Shown here: in pieces, positions 47,226 through 56,994 of the stretch
How the letters are laid out: each line of letters begins with the position of its first letter
Position numbering within the stretch: the first letter of the stretch is position 1
Position numbers and translations under genes: made by a program
Source: an uncultured Candidatus Saccharibacteria bacterium
Lineage (GTDB): Bacteria > Patescibacteriota > Saccharimonadia > Saccharimonadales > AWTP1-31
NCBI GenBank assembly: GCA_964536985.1
Contig: CAZIBG010000002.1
Span: forward strand, 18,738-82,737
Length of the DNA stretch: 64,000 nt
Direction of reading: 5' to 3'
Notes under the pieces: model-generated
Database searches by the model: none
What the model was told of the DNA's origin: nothing
The model's input: the letters and a program-made list of their open reading frames with translations, nothing else

Positions 47226-47906
47226 TTATGTAGCTAAAACTTCACCGGGCTGGAGATACCTAGTGTGGCCAGTGGTGACCTTGTCTGCCAAAGCTCCGAT
47301 AAACGGAGCTGCCACGTCCAGAATAAACGGTTCTCCTCCAGAGTTTGTATAGCGGACCCATTGGTGTCCCGATCGGTCGTTAGGGCTGTCGATTGGTGAG
47401 CGAAAATTTCTATGGATTCGTGGTGTTCCACTTAGAACACCATCTTGTTTAAATAACTCAAGTAATGCTCCAACCGCGAGTGACTGTTCGCGGCAGACAC
47501 CCGTTCCATCATCAATGTACTCAGAGAGCTCGATCTTTGCGTCTTTTGGCATTCGATCCTGCCCATAGGAGCGACGGGCAACCCTTCCCTCAGTAGCCTG
47601 TTCACCCTCTTTGGAGTAACGCATATTGTCGTACACCGTTCGGAATACCGAATCCAAAACGTAATCCCTCTGAAGCATGCCACGAACACTAGCACGTGCC
47701 ATAGCCTCGGCCTTGAGCCTCTGGTAGGCTCGTGGATATTTTATAGGATCAACGACAATTGCCGGGGCATGAACTCGAGGGCCGTACATGTCGATACCAC
47801 CAATGATAGTGGTGTTGCGAGTGATGCGGAGGCGACCACCAAAGTATGGTCCAGGTATGGATGCTGGGGCCGGTGAATATCCCCAATTAAATCGTTGTTC
47901 TGCCAT
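47226..47906 (-). CDS. Transglutaminase-like (Cys-His-Asp) protein
   Basis: 'GVCREQS', 'GHQWV', 'ILDVA'. Confidence 0.65.
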   Translation of the reverse strand: MAEQRFNWGYSPAPASIPGPYFGGRLRITRNTTIIGGIDMYGPRVHAPAIVVDPIKYPRAYQRLKAEAMARASVRGMLQRDYVLDSVFRTVYDNMRYSKEGEQATEGRVARRSYGQDRMPKDAKIELSEYIDDGTGVCREQSLAVGALLELFKQDGVLSGTPRIHRNFRSPIDSPNDRSGHQWVRYTNSGGEPFILDVAAPFIGALADKVTTGHTRYLQPGEVLAT

Positions 47907-47959
47907 AATACATATTATAATATATTCTAACCATATTTACAATTTCTCACGTGATTGCA

Positions 47960-47977
47960 GTGGAGCTGGCGGGTACT
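47960..47977 (-). repeat. Fragment resembling an ssrA 3' end (att-like)
   Basis: Minus strand AGTACCCGCCAGCTCCAC; shares CAGCTCCAC with the tmRNA 3' end. Confidence 0.55.
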
Positions 47978-47999
47978 CTACGATGATATAATTAAAAAT

Positions 48000-48470
48000 A
48001 TGAAGATCTGTCGTAATTGCAATCAAAACTTCGAGCCAAGCAGTAAGCATCTTGATTGTCCATCATGCAGATACCACCTTTCTAAGAAGGTCCTTTGTCA
48101 TTCGTGTAAAGTACATTTTCATTCTCCAAGATATCAGAACTGCCGCAGTTGTACGACGAAACTTAAGCCAGACTACGGAAAAGGCTCTTATATAAAAAAT
48201 GGCTACAGAATGGTGTTTTCTGCCGAACATCCTAAAGTCAAAGATAAACGCAGTAAGTACATATTCGAACACGTGTTAGTGATGGAGGAACATATTGGCA
48301 GATACTTGCTTGATAGAGAGAACGTGCACCATCTGAACGGTGTCCGTGATGATAACAGATTAAAAAACCTAGAGCTCTGGATAAAAACCCAGCCAAGCGG
48401 GATTCGGGTAGAGGATGCCGTAAACTGGGCGCATGAGATTATCGAAAGATACTCCAAACCTCGAGAATAG
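48000..48470 (+). CDS. HNH endonuclease with N-terminal Zn ribbons (homing-endonuclease type)
   Basis: Four CxxC pairs; 'EHVLVMEEHIGR...VHHLNGVRDDNRLKNL'. Confidence 0.88.
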   Translation: MKICRNCNQNFEPSSKHLDCPSCRYHLSKKVLCHSCKVHFHSPRYQNCRSCTTKLKPDYGKGSYIKNGYRMVFSAEHPKVKDKRSKYIFEHVLVMEEHIGRYLLDRENVHHLNGVRDDNRLKNLELWIKTQPSGIRVEDAVNWAHEIIERYSKPRE

Positions 48471-48498
48471 AAAAACTCGAGATTACTCTCGAGTTCTT
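48471..48498. terminator. Bidirectional terminator between the HNH gene and ssrA
   Basis: AACTCGAGA-ttac-TCTCGAGTT flanked by A and T runs. Confidence 0.75.
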
Positions 48499-48499
48499 A

Positions 48500-48912
48500 T
48501 GGTGGAGCTGCCGGTGATCGCAACCGGGTCCGTCAGTTAACATGGCTCAATGACTACAGGCTTAGTTTGTCTTATATTTCTTTAGCCAAAATGCTAGAGA
48601 CAAACAAAAAACATGCTGGCTGCAGCCCTAAGGCTTAGCTATACGTAGGGGCAACTACGTATAGAGCAATCAGAAGTATATAGCGCTGACACAAAATATC
48701 TGATGTCTCTTGTGAAGCGGCATCCTAATTAAATTAGGCTGCTAGTGCGTAGTCTGCGTTTCGAGCGAAAATTTCTTTTACGCTTGTTAGCAAGTCTGCG
48801 CGAGCTGTAGAATTTTCTGCAACTGTGTTGTTTGATCCAGCTAACGTGTAGATCAATCCGGCCTGCCATTTGAGTCTGTTAAAGTCCAACGTCGAGCTTA
48901 AAATTCAGCCCC
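48500..48912 (-). ncRNA. ssrA: tmRNA
   Basis: 5' GGGGCTG..., 3' T-arm plus CAGCTCCACCA. Tag ORF 48820-48734 reads AENSTARADLLTSVKEIFARNADYALAA*. Confidence 0.93.
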
Positions 48913-48952
48913 ATTAAGCAGTATTATATCATAAATTAAGCATTAGTGATAT

Positions 48953-50629
48953 TTAATGAGCGGCTGCAGGTGATTTGTTGTGCAGTTCTTCTAGGTCATG
49001 GGTATGAGGCAGGAAGAAGGAGACACCGAATCCGAGTGCAATAAAGAATCCCATATAGAGTACTGCGGTGCGGGCTGCATCGGCGGAAGCCTGATGAGCA
49101 ATTGCGGTTAGCTCTTTCTGGACAGCTGGTGAAACTGGTGCAGCATTCTTATCCTGACGGATTCCGCTAAGCTCAACTTCTGAGGCAGTAGATGCAACCT
49201 TAGCGGCTAGCGCTGGCTTGGCTGTAGCAGGAATGACGCTACTGTTTGTTACGCCACTAGCTAAGCTACTGGAAAGCGTAGTTAATAGCACGGCACCAAT
49301 TATTGCCGAGCCAAGTGAGGAACCAACTTGTCGAATAGTATTGTTGACTCCTGATGCCTCGCCGGACATATATTCCGGGACTGCGGACAGCGTAAGGTTG
49401 CTTGCCTGAGCCATGACCATTCCCATTCCTAGGCCGAATATAATCATGCCAGGTATAAAGCTAGCAGCCGTAGAGTCGGCAGTGATGGAATAATGCATAA
49501 CGATACTAGCCAGTACGGCAAACACTAATCCAACTTGAATAATACGTTTTGGGACAAACTTTTTTGTTAAAACTGCAGCTGAGAATGGTGCAACAAATAA
49601 CATAGTTAGCGACATAGGAAGCAGTGCTAAACCAGTGTGAAAGGCGTCTAGGTTACGGACCGACTGAAGGAAAACAGGAATGGCAAATATTAAGCCAACC
49701 ATCCCTAGAGATAAGAATGCCATCACCGAAGCACCTGAAGTAAACTGCTTGTTTTGAAAGAGGTGCATCGAGACCAAGGGGGTGCGTCCGTGGTTCTCGG
49801 CATCATTCTGCCACCAACCAAAAAGTACCAATAGCGCCAAACCCAAGGCCATAGCCACAGGCGTCGGTGAAAGTCCAAAAGGTATTGTTCGCCCGAATAC
49901 TTCGAATGGCTTGATGGCACTCCACCAGCCGTAACTTGAAGATTCTATGATGCCATAAACAAAAAGCAGCAGGCCGGTTGCCGACAGGAACACTCCAAGA
50001 AAATCCAGTCGAGCCTTTTCGACTCTGTCTCGGCCTTCTGCGATGAACAACGATCCGAGTAACAATACAACAGCGACTACAATGTTAATCCTGAATGCCC
50101 ATCTCCAGCTGTAGTTAGATGTCAGGAAACCACCTAGAATTGGTCCGATTGCAGAAGATGCGGCAGCAACACCTCCCCATACACCAAATGCTAATGCCCG
50201 ATCACGACCACTATAGTTGGAAATAACCAAGGAGGTAGTAGCTGGAAGCATTAACGCCGCACCAATACCTTCAATAATCGCCTCTCCTGCAATCATCATG
50301 CCTAAGCTATGACTAATGGAAGTAATGAATGACCCGATAGCAAAGATAACAGCTCCCAACATGAACATCTTTTTACGACCAAATAAATCGCCCAACCGTC
50401 CTCCGGTGACTGTCAGCGCGGCAAGAGTTAATGCGTATCCTGCAATAACCCACTGCATACCCTGCAAGTTAGTGTTGAGGTCGTTAACAATTACCCGCAG
50501 TGAAACGTTAAGAACGGTAGTGTCGATAATGATAATCATCATCGCCATGCTCAGTACCGCCAGCGGTATCCATTTTTTGATTCCACTTCGTTTTGGCACA
50601 GTCTCAGTATTTTTTTTGTTTTTTACCAT
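48953..50629 (-). CDS. MFS drug:H+ antiporter (DHA2, EmrB/QacA-like)
   Basis: 'IDTTVLNVSL', 'GRLGDLFGRK', 'WRWAFRIN', about 14 TM segments. Confidence 0.93.
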   Translation of the reverse strand: MVKNKKNTETVPKRSGIKKWIPLAVLSMAMMIIIIDTTVLNVSLRVIVNDLNTNLQGMQWVIAGYALTLAALTVTGGRLGDLFGRKKMFMLGAVIFAIGSFITSISHSLGMMIAGEAIIEGIGAALMLPATTSLVISNYSGRDRALAFGVWGGVAAASSAIGPILGGFLTSNYSWRWAFRINIVVAVVLLLGSLFIAEGRDRVEKARLDFLGVFLSATGLLLFVYGIIESSSYGWWSAIKPFEVFGRTIPFGLSPTPVAMALGLALLVLFGWWQNDAENHGRTPLVSMHLFQNKQFTSGASVMAFLSLGMVGLIFAIPVFLQSVRNLDAFHTGLALLPMSLTMLFVAPFSAAVLTKKFVPKRIIQVGLVFAVLASIVMHYSITADSTAASFIPGMIIFGLGMGMVMAQASNLTLSAVPEYMSGEASGVNNTIRQVGSSLGSAIIGAVLLTTLSSSLASGVTNSSVIPATAKPALAAKVASTASEVELSGIRQDKNAAPVSPAVQKELTAIAHQASADAARTAVLYMGFFIALGFGVSFFLPHTHDLEELHNKSPAAAH

Positions 50630-50638
50630 TGGTACTCC

Positions 50639-51103
50639 TTAGTTCGAATCAGTTTGATGGCAGGCACCTGGTCGATCGGATCGACAGGCAGCGCCATGCA
50701 GTATTGTTAGTGTTTCTAGTAGTGCGGCTTGTTGCTTTTCGTTCAACGTACCGAAAACGGGTGCATGGTAACTGTTTAGTACACTCATTGCTTCGTCCGT
50801 TAGTCGTTCGCCCTTTGCAGTTAGTACCGTGATATGTTCACGGCGATTAGCAGGATTAACAGTTGTTTGTAGCATTCCTTGTTCGAGCAATAGCTTTATC
50901 TGACGGCTGATGCTGGCTTCGGTTTGACCCAACTTTTCTGCTATATGCTTTTGCTGGATATTTGGTTTCCACTGGAGCGTCATCATAATCTTAAACTGGC
51001 TAAATCCAATTCCTAAACGTTCTTGTAGAACTTGGTCTGATTGTCGACCAAGAACAAATGCTAGATGATTGAGCAGATAACCAATGTTGTTTGTGGGACG
51101 CAT
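50639..51103 (-). CDS. MarR-family regulator
   Basis: wHTH 'ASISRQIKLL...NRRE...LTAKG'. Confidence 0.9.
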   Translation of the reverse strand: MRPTNNIGYLLNHLAFVLGRQSDQVLQERLGIGFSQFKIMMTLQWKPNIQQKHIAEKLGQTEASISRQIKLLLEQGMLQTTVNPANRREHITVLTAKGERLTDEAMSVLNSYHAPVFGTLNEKQQAALLETLTILHGAACRSDRPGACHQTDSN

Positions 51104-51155
51104 AGTTTTGACCTCTACATTCAGCTTACGCTCCGATACTTAACGTGTCAAGTAA

Positions 51156-52526
51156 CTACGGCTTGGCTACGGGATTTGGACCTGAATAGTCAGATCCCAG
51201 TGATTTAAGTCGCTTCATCGGATAGGAGCCGTCGGTACCCAGTACTCCATTCGAACAGTTTTGACCCTTATTAATACAGCCCTTCGTCCAATGCTCCATG
51301 ATCTGATTATTCCAACCACCATACCAGTCGCCATGTAGTGATGTACCATCCGGGACATTAGCCATACGATCAGATGAAAGATGCCAGCCAGAATAATTAA
51401 GGTTACCCGGCCATGATACATGGTAGCTTACTTGCGGCATGATGTACGGATGAGACGGAGGGCAAGCTAACTTACCATTTACACTCGTGAAGTATGAAAG
51501 ATGATCCTTGTGATTGGTCGATGGGTTTTGATCGAGTTGCGTTGAATCGAGCACCGGAGAACCGTTGGCATGGACAGCAACACAAGGTTGAAAATAGATT
51601 ACGGCCATCAACTTAATATCGTATTTATCACAAACGTTGGGATCGCAGTTAGTAGCTTGGTTAGGATTTGGCGGACAACTATCTGGAATCGTTTGCCCCT
51701 CGTAGGTATATACCAGACTGCCCGTGTAGCACTGCCACTGAATACCGTTTTCATTCATCAACGACGGATCAGTATTACCTGTCGCTTTTCCGGCGATCAT
51801 TTTTAGACCTTGCGGCATGATCTTTGTCTGGGCATTAAGATTAGCTGCCGATTTATAATACATAAGAATATCATTAGGAATTACCACCTTATCATTTGCA
51901 TCCTGAACTGCAGGCATCCAATACCCTGTACGATTAGCCTCGTAACCAGCGCATGTTCCACCACCACTATTAACTAAACTACTATCAGTAGTAGAGGCGT
52001 TAGCTTTGGTATTACCCCAGAACATATGTAAATGAGCCTTGCCAACCTGTGGAACCCCGTTAATTGGCGGATAGACAATTGGATCGTCATAGTTAAGGTG
52101 AGAAAACTGGCAGTAGAATCTAAACTGACCCTGTCCGTTGGGCGTGTTATAGCCACCAGAACTTGCATCATAATTACCTCGGTTATCGAGGTTTTGGGTC
52201 ACCACAGCCTCGGAGTCATTGGAGTACTGTGCCGGTCGGGCACCTAATGTGGTATTAATAACAACCCCGCCTAAATCTGTAGGCGTAGCTTTGCCAAACT
52301 TCACCGCCCTACCGCCAGATGCGCCGGGCACTTGCTGTTCAAGTGCAATACTTTCCTGGCCCGACTCAGCCTCAAAGCTGGCCTGATTGGTAGCAGCTTT
52401 AGTAAAGACCAGTAACGCGGTTCCTAAAAGTGCGAATATAATAACTGTCGAAAAACCAATAACCAGACGCTCATGGCGGGCAAACCATTTGCGTAGCTTA
52501 GGATATTGTAATAACGCTCTACTCAT
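51156..52526 (-). CDS. DUF1996-domain surface protein
   Basis: 'C.FSH...DDPIVYP', 'HLHMFWGN', 'NRTGYW.P', 'LHGDWYGGW'; N-terminal TM. Confidence 0.85.
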   Translation of the reverse strand: MSRALLQYPKLRKWFARHERLVIGFSTVIIFALLGTALLVFTKAATNQASFEAESGQESIALEQQVPGASGGRAVKFGKATPTDLGGVVINTTLGARPAQYSNDSEAVVTQNLDNRGNYDASSGGYNTPNGQGQFRFYCQFSHLNYDDPIVYPPINGVPQVGKAHLHMFWGNTKANASTTDSSLVNSGGGTCAGYEANRTGYWMPAVQDANDKVVIPNDILMYYKSAANLNAQTKIMPQGLKMIAGKATGNTDPSLMNENGIQWQCYTGSLVYTYEGQTIPDSCPPNPNQATNCDPNVCDKYDIKLMAVIYFQPCVAVHANGSPVLDSTQLDQNPSTNHKDHLSYFTSVNGKLACPPSHPYIMPQVSYHVSWPGNLNYSGWHLSSDRMANVPDGTSLHGDWYGGWNNQIMEHWTKGCINKGQNCSNGVLGTDGSYPMKRLKSLGSDYSGPNPVAKP

Positions 52527-52549
52527 AATACTTATGGTAAGTATAACAT

Positions 52550-54106
52550 CTAGGGCTTACAGTAAGCACCGGACATTGGAGCATTTTGGTTATAGGCGTG
52601 TGTTGGATTCAATGGTATACACAGCTGGCTGTATAGGGAGTTCAGCGAAACTTTGTAGTTAGCGCTATTACCTTGTGTATCATACTGAGGCCGATATTTT
52701 AATGCCCGACCAGGGTAAGGAGTTGCGTTATTTGGTCCACCGTTGCTCAAGTACCCAAAGCCACAGTCTGCAGCTGCACCGCTTGGATCTTTATAGTTAA
52801 CACAGTTGTCGACCCACTCTTTATTGATGTCTTTTTGCCATCCACCCCACCAGTCGGCGTGATGCATGGAGCCGCGTGTTCCAGTTAGTCGCGGCGTTGT
52901 ACCAACAGATGTTTTGTCTACATCCGAAGATAAATACCAGCTGGAAGTGTCCTCGCCGGGCATGACTACATAGTTTATGAAGTACGAGATAGCTGGATAA
53001 AGATCGTTATCACCCGTAGGACCGTTGCCACCATAACGTCCATCACAATTACCGAAGAACCATGAGCCACGATTCACGCCGGATGCACGCCACTGTGTGT
53101 AATCACCATAGTTCGTGTTATTTTTTGGCCAACAGTAGAAGAACTTAATCTCCATTTCTAATACCGTTCGGACATTCGGATATGACCCGCTTTGGCCAAC
53201 ACATGTCGGAATCTCATCCACACCTTTGGGTGTATTAGGTCCTGAAAAGTTATCACTACATTTATAGTTCGCTTCGCCTTGGCCACCGCCATTCTGAATA
53301 GGCACCTCTGCGACTGATGTTGGCATTGGGGAGATGTTGGCCATACCCGGCTTGTAGACCTGGGCGTCCTGAACAGGATTTGGGCCTTTATAGTACACCA
53401 CTACTCGCTCTGGGATTCTGGCATTTCCCTGGCCGTCGATCATTGCAGGCGCCCAGTAACCCGAGCGATTAAGCTCCTGTCCGTTGCAGGTTGATGATCC
53501 TGAATCCTTAAGCGTGTCGTATGTGCTATAAGCGTTTACGTCAGTGTTTCCAAAGAACATATGTAAGTGAGCTTTACCGGGGACGCCGGGGTAAAGCAAT
53601 GGATCGTCATAGGCAAAGTGCGAGAATTCACAAGCTGTTCGATTTTGACCTCCCTCTGGTATCGGGAATGCTTGCTCGGGGTTGCCATTTGGATTATTCA
53701 AGTATGCCGACCGGGGGCCTAACAGCGGAGAATCATTACCAATAGGTAATTGCGACTGAAGCGTATTCTTGTACGCTGAATTATCATGGTTTTTGTTCCT
53801 AATTGTTTGTGACTTAATCATGGCCAAGTTAGTCTGATACCCGTTAACTGCCCCAGCCGCTCCAAAACGAACTGCCTTGCCGCCTGATGCGCCGGGCACT
53901 TGTTGTTCTAATGCAATACTTTCTTGACCTGACTCAGCTTCGAAACTGGCTTGGTTTGTGGCGGCTTTTGTAAACACCAACAAGGAGATGCCGAGCACAA
54001 CGAATACCAGTACACTTGCACCGCCAACCACCTGTCGCTCATGGTGCTGCAGCCATTTAATGGCAGACTTTACGGGAACCCCAAACCGTTTAGTAAAATT
54101 TTGCAT
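52550..54106 (-). CDS. DUF1996-domain surface protein (paralog)
   Basis: 'DDPLLYPG..GKAHLHMFFGN', 'NRSGYWAP', 'HADWWGGW'. Confidence 0.85.
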   Translation of the reverse strand: MQNFTKRFGVPVKSAIKWLQHHERQVVGGASVLVFVVLGISLLVFTKAATNQASFEAESGQESIALEQQVPGASGGKAVRFGAAGAVNGYQTNLAMIKSQTIRNKNHDNSAYKNTLQSQLPIGNDSPLLGPRSAYLNNPNGNPEQAFPIPEGGQNRTACEFSHFAYDDPLLYPGVPGKAHLHMFFGNTDVNAYSTYDTLKDSGSSTCNGQELNRSGYWAPAMIDGQGNARIPERVVVYYKGPNPVQDAQVYKPGMANISPMPTSVAEVPIQNGGGQGEANYKCSDNFSGPNTPKGVDEIPTCVGQSGSYPNVRTVLEMEIKFFYCWPKNNTNYGDYTQWRASGVNRGSWFFGNCDGRYGGNGPTGDNDLYPAISYFINYVVMPGEDTSSWYLSSDVDKTSVGTTPRLTGTRGSMHHADWWGGWQKDINKEWVDNCVNYKDPSGAAADCGFGYLSNGGPNNATPYPGRALKYRPQYDTQGNSANYKVSLNSLYSQLCIPLNPTHAYNQNAPMSGAYCKP

Positions 54107-54172
54107 ATTAGTTATGCCTAGTATATCAGTTATAATCTGGTAATTGATAGCAAATGACAATATGAGGTACCG

Positions 54173-54331
54173 ATGGCCATTAATCCAAAATGTGACATGT
54201 GCGGAAATGAATTAACAGAGTTTGGAGCGATACTACTAAGCCCGCCAGACGACGCTAGCACCGTAAAGAAATTCCATATCTGTGTTAATTGCTATGCTAA
54301 GCTTCTCGAAAAGATGAAGTCAGAAGCCTAA
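54173..54331 (+). CDS. 52-aa Zn-ribbon protein MAINPKCDMCGNELTEFGAILLSPPDDASTVKKFHICVNCYAKLLEKMKSEA
   Basis: Below the ORF-track cutoff. CxxC...HICxxC; GAGGT RBS; fills the intergenic gap. Confidence 0.7.
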   Translation: MAINPKCDMCGNELTEFGAILLSPPDDASTVKKFHICVNCYAKLLEKMKSEA

Positions 54332-54333
54332 GG

Positions 54334-55116
54334 CTAGGCATCGGCTTTCTCGTATAGGCTATACCATTGCTGTAGGCTTAGTTCCTGAGGTCGGCAGTTA
54401 GGGTCGATCTGAGCTTTCTCGAGTAGCTCAGTGGCTTCGTCTTTGCTAATACGCAGTCCAGCACTTAGGCTACTGCGGAGCTTTTTGCGTCTTTGTGCGA
54501 AACCGGCTTTGACTACTCGGAAAAACTTTTTGGTATCTAGATCGGGGAATAAAGGCTCTTCCCGGCGGACCAGAGTAATAATCTGGGAGTCTACCTTTGG
54601 AGGAGGAGTAAATAAAATTGCAGGGACAAGCTCCCCTAAACTCGCCTGATAGTAGAGCTGTACGCTTACACTCAATAAGGACATATCACCTGGCTCGGCA
54701 GCAACCCGCTCTGCGACTTCTTTTTGCACCAATAGCGTTATGACAGCTGGTGGATTTAGTGCTTCACTAAGCACTCGGAGTAAATTGCTTGTTAGATAAT
54801 AAGGGATGTTTGCGACAACTTTGTAGCCGGCTGGCAATTCAGAATAGTTATAGGTAAGGCAGTCAGCGTGGATAGTTTGAAGATTTTTACTCGGAACCCT
54901 GCCAGGCAGCTGCCGAGCAAGATCTTGGTCATACTCCAGTGCTATCACTTCTTTTGCGTTGTCTACCAAATACTTAGTTAATGTCCCCAGCCCTGGGCCA
55001 ATTTCGACCACTGTATCCTGATCATTAACCATGCCGGATTGAACCATAGCTACCAAGCTCAGTTCATCATGAAGCCAATGTTGGCCAAGGCTCTTTTTAG
55101 GACGTGTGTCGTACAT
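54334..55116 (-). CDS. rsmA: 16S rRNA m6,2A dimethyltransferase
   Basis: 'KKSLGQHWL', 'EIGPGLG', 'ANIPY', 'PPPKVDS'. Confidence 0.96.
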   Translation of the reverse strand: MYDTRPKKSLGQHWLHDELSLVAMVQSGMVNDQDTVVEIGPGLGTLTKYLVDNAKEVIALEYDQDLARQLPGRVPSKNLQTIHADCLTYNYSELPAGYKVVANIPYYLTSNLLRVLSEALNPPAVITLLVQKEVAERVAAEPGDMSLLSVSVQLYYQASLGELVPAILFTPPPKVDSQIITLVRREEPLFPDLDTKKFFRVVKAGFAQRRKKLRSSLSAGLRISKDEATELLEKAQIDPNCRPQELSLQQWYSLYEKADA

Positions 55117-55165
55117 CAGTACATTCTACCAAAAATGTTGCAAAAAATACAGAAGATGTTCTGGT

Positions 55166-56449
55166 TTACCACCAGTGGTTCACAACCCAAAACTGGTATG
55201 CAGCAGACCAGCTTCCATATCTGCCACGAGCATAACCAGTGCACCACTTAAGCTGGGTAATTGGATTAGAGGCCCAGTCGGCACCAGCACTTGCCATCTT
55301 GTAGCCTGGCGTAGCCTGGCAAAGTCCATAACCAGTTTTTGGAGATGTTGGCGCACCGTGGAATGCCGGACAACCACCATATTCGCCCTGCCACTTAGTA
55401 GGACACCAACCAGATTCACGACCAACAATATAATCGACGGCATAGTATTCGGATGGTGAGATTCCGGCCGCCACCAACCATTCGGCGCGTCCACCAGTTA
55501 CTAATACTTTTGTTCCCTTAGCTACAACCCGGCGAACAGGATTAACGGCGATCACTTCTTGCAGTACTCGGCGCCCTGTCTCTGTACCGTTTTGCAAATC
55601 TAGTTCATAAGTAACGATCTTCTTACCATCTAGTCCTGGGTCTTTTACAACTGTCGATCCAAGAGCTAAGCTGGGGTCGTCTTCGTTGGCGACAGGAGCG
55701 GGAATGACTTCTTCGCTAGTAATAACTTGCTTACCATAGCGGACTACGAATACCTGAAGTCCATCCGTAATTGGCGTTTCTGGTGACGGCTGAATAGTAT
55801 CGCCCTCAATTGTTTTAATGTCCTTTTGTTCAAGCAAATCAGCAACAGTCTTGGCACGACTTCGAACAGATATATTATTTCCGTACAGGTTAACTGTTAC
55901 AGGGGTTGCCCGGTCTACCACAATCTGGTCGCCAATGATCAAAGATTTGTTTGGCGACTCGACAGGAGTTTGTGTTTCTATGCCATCCTCGGGGTACAGT
56001 GTTATACCGGCTTGCTTAATTACCGTTCGGGGTTGCTGGTGGGGGCTTAGGACTGTTGTTGCTCGACCTCCGTCGAGGATTGTTACGGGGCGAGCTTGCT
56101 GGACGGTTATCTTCATATCATCCTCTAGAATCGGCGTATCCAGTTTTGGCGAAACGATGTCCTGGTCGTTTACCGTAATTTCTAGGTTCTTGAGTAAATC
56201 AGAGACTTTTTTAGCACGTGTTGGTACAGTACGCTCTGCCCCATCTACACTAACGGTAACAATTCGGGAATCACTAGCGCCAATTGTCTGAGTATTGCTT
56301 ATAACCAGTCCAACTGCACTAACAAAGACCAATCCAAGAAATGTTAGTACCGGTAAGACAAAGGGGTGGCCTCGAAGAGGATGGGCTCGCTTAAGCTTGC
56401 GACGCCCAATGGCGGTGTACTTACGTGATAGTCGTTTAAGTCTACGCAT
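55166..56449 (-). CDS. YabE/RpfB-like cell-wall protein (DUF348 repeats + G5 + lytic transglycosylase-like domain)
   Basis: TM, three ubiquitin-like repeats, G5 domain, 'RESGW...YGLCQA...NPITQLKW..Y...RYG'. Start uncertain. Confidence 0.85.
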   Translation of the reverse strand: MRRLKRLSRKYTAIGRRKLKRAHPLRGHPFVLPVLTFLGLVFVSAVGLVISNTQTIGASDSRIVTVSVDGAERTVPTRAKKVSDLLKNLEITVNDQDIVSPKLDTPILEDDMKITVQQARPVTILDGGRATTVLSPHQQPRTVIKQAGITLYPEDGIETQTPVESPNKSLIIGDQIVVDRATPVTVNLYGNNISVRSRAKTVADLLEQKDIKTIEGDTIQPSPETPITDGLQVFVVRYGKQVITSEEVIPAPVANEDDPSLALGSTVVKDPGLDGKKIVTYELDLQNGTETGRRVLQEVIAVNPVRRVVAKGTKVLVTGGRAEWLVAAGISPSEYYAVDYIVGRESGWCPTKWQGEYGGCPAFHGAPTSPKTGYGLCQATPGYKMASAGADWASNPITQLKWCTGYARGRYGSWSAAYQFWVVNHWW

Positions 56450-56508
56450 ATATATGCGACCTTGGAGGATAGCGAACAATCCGGACAGTGTTACCCTCGT
56501 TCAGTCAG

Positions 56509-56994
56509 TTATAGTTTATCAAAATTCGAGGTCTTCTTAAAGTGCTTGAGCATCATGATAGTAGTCTTACTCAGAGGAACTGACCTCAATTGGTCGATGG
56601 GCTGCCAAGTGTATTCTGCTATCTCATGCGCTTGCACGCGAACCTGCGGACGAGATTCAAGAGTGGCCGAGTAACCTACGATGTGGGCCGAGAACCCATT
56701 GCTTTGTGAACGGAAATCACCAAGGTAGACTAACTGCTCGGCCTCTAGGATTATACCCGTTTCTTCCGTAACTTCGCGAACTGCTCCGTGCAGGGCAGGC
56801 TCGCGTCGCTTTAGTCCGCCACCGGGAAGTTTCCAACTACCCGTCCCAAGCCAATCCTTTACCAGGAGCACGGCATTGTTTTGGATTATGATAACTCTTG
56901 TACGCGGCGGAGAGACATGAATGACCAACCAAATTCCCGGCCACGTTAGGTAAAAGAACACTTTTCCTGCTAAGCTAAACAATCTGCGCTTCAA
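56509..56994 (-). CDS. NUDIX hydrolase
   Basis: 'LPGGG.....A..GAVREVTEETG'. Confidence 0.88.
   Translation of the reverse strand: MKRRLFSLAGKVFFYLTWPGIWLVIHVSPPRTRVIIIQNNAVLLVKDWLGTGSWKLPGGGLKRREPALHGAVREVTEETGIILEAEQLVYLGDFRSQSNGFSAHIVGYSATLESRPQVRVQAHEIAEYTWQPIDQLRSVPLSKTTIMMLKHFKKTSNFDKL

Noticed and set aside
47960-48500. Group I intron in tmRNA carrying the HNH gene
   Set aside because: The tmRNA is complete with CCA and a terminator before the HNH gene; the HNH is antisense and there is no room for a ribozyme core.
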